A stretch of 54,178 bases of DNA, counting the filler, from Sphacelaria rigidula (taxonomy: Eukaryota): NCBI GenBank assembly GCA_964200075.2. It is 5 parts of 5 records of this genome, joined end to end, with 100 filler letters (N's around TTAATTAATTAA, not from the genome) between each part and the next. Parts side by side here need not be neighbours in the genome. Positions count along the whole stretch, not along the records: positions 43,425 to 54,178 come from CAXNAA020005969.1; 4 more parts are not named here. One strand, 5' to 3'. The position numbers and the translations under genes were made by a program. The notes below the pieces were generated by a model. That model ran no database searches and was not told the origin of the DNA. It saw only the letters and a program-made list of their open reading frames with translations. How positions within the stretch are numbered: the first letter of the stretch is position 1; the number at the start of each line of letters is the position of its first letter. Positions 49,430-54,178 of this stretch are shown here, piece by piece.

Positions 49430-51124
49430 GCCGTGTGTCGATACATACGTAGCACTCCCGGCCACCTTTCCATTCTCCCTCCACGCATCCCTCCGTACCG
49501 CCTCTTCAACTTTGGAGGAGCACTGAAAGGGCCCAGTATGAGACGTACTGGATACACAACCTGCACAGACTTTGTGATGACGAGAGTGTGGATGGCCGGC
49601 CGATATAACCATACTCGATTGTGGGCTTGCAAAACTGCACGAGCTATGCGTTACTGTCTCGTGGTGTAGTACCTCCTCTCTGTCATAGGTGGGTGCGTTA
49701 CGTTATCCGACATTCGTTCTATCACATTCGTCTTTTGTCGTTGGAGTTCTACAAGGTTTTCGGGCTGGAGCATTGGATCGTGTGCACTGATGAGTTTCGC
49801 TACTGGTGTAAGCATAGTCACCAATAGAAATGTACCGCAAGATGTTGACGCCTAGCTCTTGAAGCATCCCAAGATTTCTTGCGAGTATGATGCTGTCGGC
49901 CGTGCCGTGGGCAGTTTCTTGCTGCAGTAGTGTTAATGGAAATCATGTTGTTTTCACACTCATGTATTAACCATTTGGTGCGAAGTGTGATCTACGGGGA
50001 TCAGAAATAGTAGTGGTGGCTCTACAATAGTTACGTGCATGCATGTGTGCGATGTCTCTATATTGTGGCACAATGAAATGTATGCTGTGAGTATAGTAGA
50101 ACGTATCTTCGTACATCTAACCGCAGAGCGCAGCGAGTGTCTACATCGTCCAAAAACTCTGTAACATCGTGTGGAAAGGAAGTGCGATACGCTGTGACGC
50201 GCACCTCATCCCACGTGCTTCATAATGCCCCTACCCATCCGCGATCCAGGGTCACGTCCCTGCTGGTAAATCATTATGTTGGTTCTCACGTCTCATCATT
50301 GATTAGACATCATCGAGGTCTCATTTATCCGGAGTATGGAACCTTCGAGTTGCGCAAGAAGAGTCGAATCCACCATCCACGATGTAGTGGAACAACATAC
50401 CTGCGACTTTGAGAGCACCAGCGAGCACCCAGCATATGTCAAAGGGGTGCACGAGGCCTACTTCTCTACGCTTCTTCCTCATGACACCTTGCTGTACATC
50501 ACGACGTCGGCATTTTCCTTCGCCTGTCGTAGTGCTACTACTGTCTCCTGACTGCTACAGATGGCGTCGTCGCAGATCAGCCACTGGAGCTTGTCCGCAC
50601 CGTTATGCGGCCTTGCGAAGGCAGCAGTGTAGTGTTCGCCTGCCTTGTTCAGGTCGCTTTCATGGCCGACCGCGCATGATAAATGATGCGCCACAGCACC
50701 GAGTTTGTAGACAGCTGCGTTTGCAAGTAATGACAGAGCAAGGAGGGGTGTCGAGCTGCTTTCTTTTCTTACAAACCCAGCGGGGAATACCTTGTCACAG
50801 CTTGAAATTCGGGGCAATTTCATACTTCGTACAGTCATTGGTAGATCATGTGCTGATTTTTGGAAGAATATTGACGAAGCGCTTCAGCAGCCATTGACGA
50901 AGATACCAGAAGTTGTCAATATTCTAATTCAAAATTGAGGACATCGCCTTTTGTACACCAAACTCACGGCCGTTTTAGACGACTATTGCTTTTGGACGGA
51001 TACACGAACGTTTCCGGAGGTTCTGGGAGAGAACCTTCCGTTAGGAGGAGGCGTTTTCTATGCGCACGTCAAGCACGCTGTGGATATTCATGCTCAGGCA
51101 CATGCTCCAAACACGGATATTACA

Positions 51125-51658
51125 GAGCCAGCGAATGTCCTACCTAGTGGTGAACTACCTCTCACGAATGAAAGGAGTGTTTTTGAGCTAGAAAGCTCCT
51201 CGCCGCGATCCTCCGGGTTGCCCCTCCCCAATGCTGTAGCTGATAAGATCCAATGCCTCTAATATCTTTCCACGGCTATGGGAAAAATCATTCCTCGGCT
51301 CTTTTCGCCTCTAAGGGAGAGTCATCGCGCTGAAAACCAAACTCGGCACTTGTGTTCTTTAGAGTGCCACCAGACCAAGCAGCCGACGCTGACTCCTTGG
51401 TCTAGTGGTGGGTTTCCCTCTTCTGTGATAATGGACCCGAGTTCGAGAATAACCCGGCACTTATTTCCAACAGTCGAACGAGTCGAGGAAACATCTTCCC
51501 CGTAGTCGAGGAAATACGTTAGAGGCACTGGATCTTGTCAGCTGCAGTATTGGCGAGGGAAAATCCGGAGGAGCGCGTCGAGGGGCTTTCGAGCTCACAA
51601 GCACTCGTGTTGTTCGTCAAAGGGGTTTTACCACGACACCAACTAGACAGCGCTGACT
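51125..51658. mobile_element. Old, diverged foldback element (~530 bp)
   Basis: GAGCT.GAAAGC.CCTCG.CGCG.TCCTCCGG and AGCTGA.AAGATCCA.TGCCTCTAA recur as reverse complements on either side of ~51390. Confidence 0.75.
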
Positions 51659-52837
51659 ACTTCGTCCATCTAGGGGTGAAATCCCTACAATGAGCACTGC
51701 TCATACTCGATGATCGACAATGGGTGGACACGAAAGAGAACAACGAACGAGGGCTTATCCAGAGAGAGAACGCCGAGTTTCTTGTGTGATCAATATAGGC
51801 ACTATGCCTAGGCGTAAATCTGAAAGGACGAGGCCTTGTCTTATCGTGATAGAAACAAAACAGCGAGAAACGAAACAAGGGTCCAAAACCACCACGCTGA
51901 TGGATCGCCGGGCAGGAAAATAATCAACGTGCTGCTTTTGGACGCTTGTTTCGCTTCCCGCCTTTTTTGATCTCGTTAAGATGGCCCCTCAAGACTTGTC
52001 CCAGTCCTTCAGGTACGCATTGAATTGCGCGCTATGGGTTTGTTCTCCACTGTGCCCGGGTCTGAACCCCATTGCAATCAGCGCCGAGTAGTGATTCGTA
52101 CGCCGCCTCGATGATACCTTCCTCGCACCACCCTGCCCCTCTGCTTGTCAGTGAATCGTCCTGCGATAGGGAGGGGGTGTTTTGGGCCATATCTTCCACG
52201 AAATTTGACGTTAAATCGGCGTTGAAAGCAAAACCTATTGCTCGAACTCACTTTCTACTATTTAGACACACTCGTTTGTCTGCTCGGCACCGTTTTAACC
52301 CGAATACAAACGCACTGTGAATGTGTCAGGTCATCTGACGCACACCTATGAGCCCCTGTTTTTCGTGCAATCAAGCACCACTCCCCCCTCATCATAAGAT
52401 CACTTTAGTGGAGTATCCTGGTCACGGTTGGCACAAAAGAGATGTGCGCCGTCTTTGAGGTCAAGCGTTCGAAGAAAAATGGAGCTTCAGCCAAACGCGC
52501 ACGATTCCGGGCGATTTCGTGGTCGGCTTCAGCTGACGTTTGACTCTCTTCACCCGCTGTTGCTCCGTATACAAGTTTATCTGCCGCAAAAACGTTCGTC
52601 TAGAATAACCCCAACAGTACCACCATTTCAGCAACTTCTGCCAGCATGGTTTCGCTTACCCTGGAAAAATCCGTCCAATAGAGCCCTACGCTAGTACGTA
52701 CAGAATTCAGCTACACGCTTCAATCATAGTAATCTTTGGCTACAGCGACGGGATGGCGAGTATTTTCACAGACAAACACGTGCAGCAATGGGTCGAATGG
52801 ACGAGAAGCTGGCGCTGAAGCGGGGGGGAACATACAT

Positions 52838-53975
52838 TCACCGCTTGTCGTCGAGCAACACGTGTTGCGAGGCATAACCGTGCCCTTGTCCTGTTGGCTT
52901 CACCCATTTGCTGCCTTTTAGAGCACTTGCGGTTTCGAAGATTGAAACTGTGTTCCATGTCCTGGCGCTTGTGATGCGTACATCACTTCCTCTTGTGAAA
53001 CATATGGTGGCAGTATACACTCCCCACTCTGAAGAGCATTCTTCACTAGCGATTGTGTGGTCGGCCTTACTGGAACGAGGCGGCGCGTTCAGTGTAGCGC
53101 ACACTGTACGCTTTACGCGAATTCACGTGTGTCGTCGTGCACTGTACATGTTCGCCGATGCTACATGTCTCACAAACTCTGTAGAACGCCGAAATGTGAC
53201 ACTTGACAGATTCATCAGTAGTGCCGCGTGTCCTGCTTTTATCAAACCTTCTTGACTGGGCAGCCGGGAGTTGTTGATCGAAGGAGAAGAAAATACTGTA
53301 GGCACATGTACTCCACCATTGATGAACAACGTACTGGTCTGGTGTCTTCTCAAATTCTTAAGTCGGTCAAGTGTATCTTTCTCACCTGTAGGTTTCGTGT
53401 GTTTCTTCTGTACCGAAGCGTTCAACTCACTTACGATGTTGTTACACAAATAAACGCCACCCATTGTCAGACGGTCTCTCACACTCATGTCCTCACCCCG
53501 TGTTTGTCCTTCGGCGTACTTGCTGAGGTGCAGCTGAGGCGGGATCTCGACCGGGGTTCGGATCTTCGTCATCCTCACCTTGCTACCACGACGGACTCTG
53601 ATTACGTAGTACCCACGAGAACGGTAGGTGGGCGGGGGGGCACCAAATACAGTGAAGCACGGCTAGCCTCAGCGGTGCGGGGTAGAAGCCAAGGATAGTT
53701 AGCGTATAAATACATGATACAGCGGAAGAGGGGGGTGAAATATTCCACAAACATGAATATAGCGGCCGGGAAGATTTTGATAGTAGAGCCAACTCGGCAT
53801 TGCGTGTCGTTTTGAAACATGTCATGCGATCCCAAACATTGAGACGCGAGTGAAGCCGCGATAGCCCCCGCCGAACAATTGCTGTTTTGAGGAGGCAAAA
53901 CCTACATGTCAACCAAAAAAGACAAAAGCCGGGCAAACCAAGCAGCTGGGAGCCCCCATGGTGGGGATCGGTGTT
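52838..53975 (-). pseudogene. Degenerate PIF1-family (Helitron RepHel-type) helicase remnant
   Basis: Motif-like blocks in PIF1 order across frames: AGAIAASL..GSHDMF (Ia/Ib), AAIFMFVE (II-like), SPSW, NNIVSELNASV..PTGE, PTVFSSPSINNSRLPSQEGLIKAGHAALLMNLS (cf. [32 protein letters not shown]), TFRR..FVR...T*IRV; catalytic residues lost; by-eye alignment only. Confidence 0.55.
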
Positions 53976-54178
53976 GCCCTATTGCCCATACGAGGGGCGT
54001 CATGAAGTCTGTGACCGGTTATCATGTACCGTACACCCGGTTTCTTCGTGACTGTTTCGAGGCTGGTTTGGGGGGGCGAGGGGAGGGGGGAGGGGGGGGG
54101 GGGGGGGGGGGGGCGGGGACGCGTTTTTTGTGTAGCCCTACTTGTTCACAACATAAAACCCAAATGCTTTCAGAACGG

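Noticed and set aside
50150..50960. Possible degenerate DNA transposase (Sola-like) on the minus strand
   Set aside because: Only vague motif resemblance across stops and frameshifts; needs a profile search before any call.
51415..51460. Integrase-like motif CDNGPEF
   Set aside because: Isolated motif inside a foldback element, with stops nearby and no other rve motifs.

Overview
Eukaryotic, intron-rich, repeat-rich DNA, most likely a brown alga (Phaeophyceae). This is inferred from kb-scale introns, a stramenopile-type ankyrin gene, RTE LINE and tRNA-SINE repeats, and TTAGGG tracts. The window is not one locus: it is five pieces of 10757, 10757, 10755, 10755 and 10754 bp joined by identical 100-nt N44-TTAATTAATTAA-N44 spacers, i.e. 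size-sorted scaffolds concatenated artificially, so each piece must be read separately. Piece 1 holds the last three coding exons of an ankyrin-repeat gene (+). Piece 2 holds RTE LINE remnants and MITE-like repeats. Piece 3 holds six or seven phase-consistent exons of a TPR protein resembling the C-terminal half of SKI3/TTC37 (+), with a probable GC-AG intron. Piece 4 is a nest of non-autonomous elements (hAT-like element, tandem foldbacks, a tRNA-SINE with a 5-bp TSD) plus candidate terminal exons. Piece 5 holds foldbacks, telomere-repeat-bearing elements, a near-perfect ~100-nt hairpin and a decayed Helitron/PIF1-like helicase. Most ORFs in the supplied track are spurious. No convincing novel multi-gene system is present. 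The best leads are the telomere-repeat elements with Crypton-like ends, a SINE/LINE shared 3' end, the hairpin and the helicase fossil. All homology calls were made by eye and need database confirmation.
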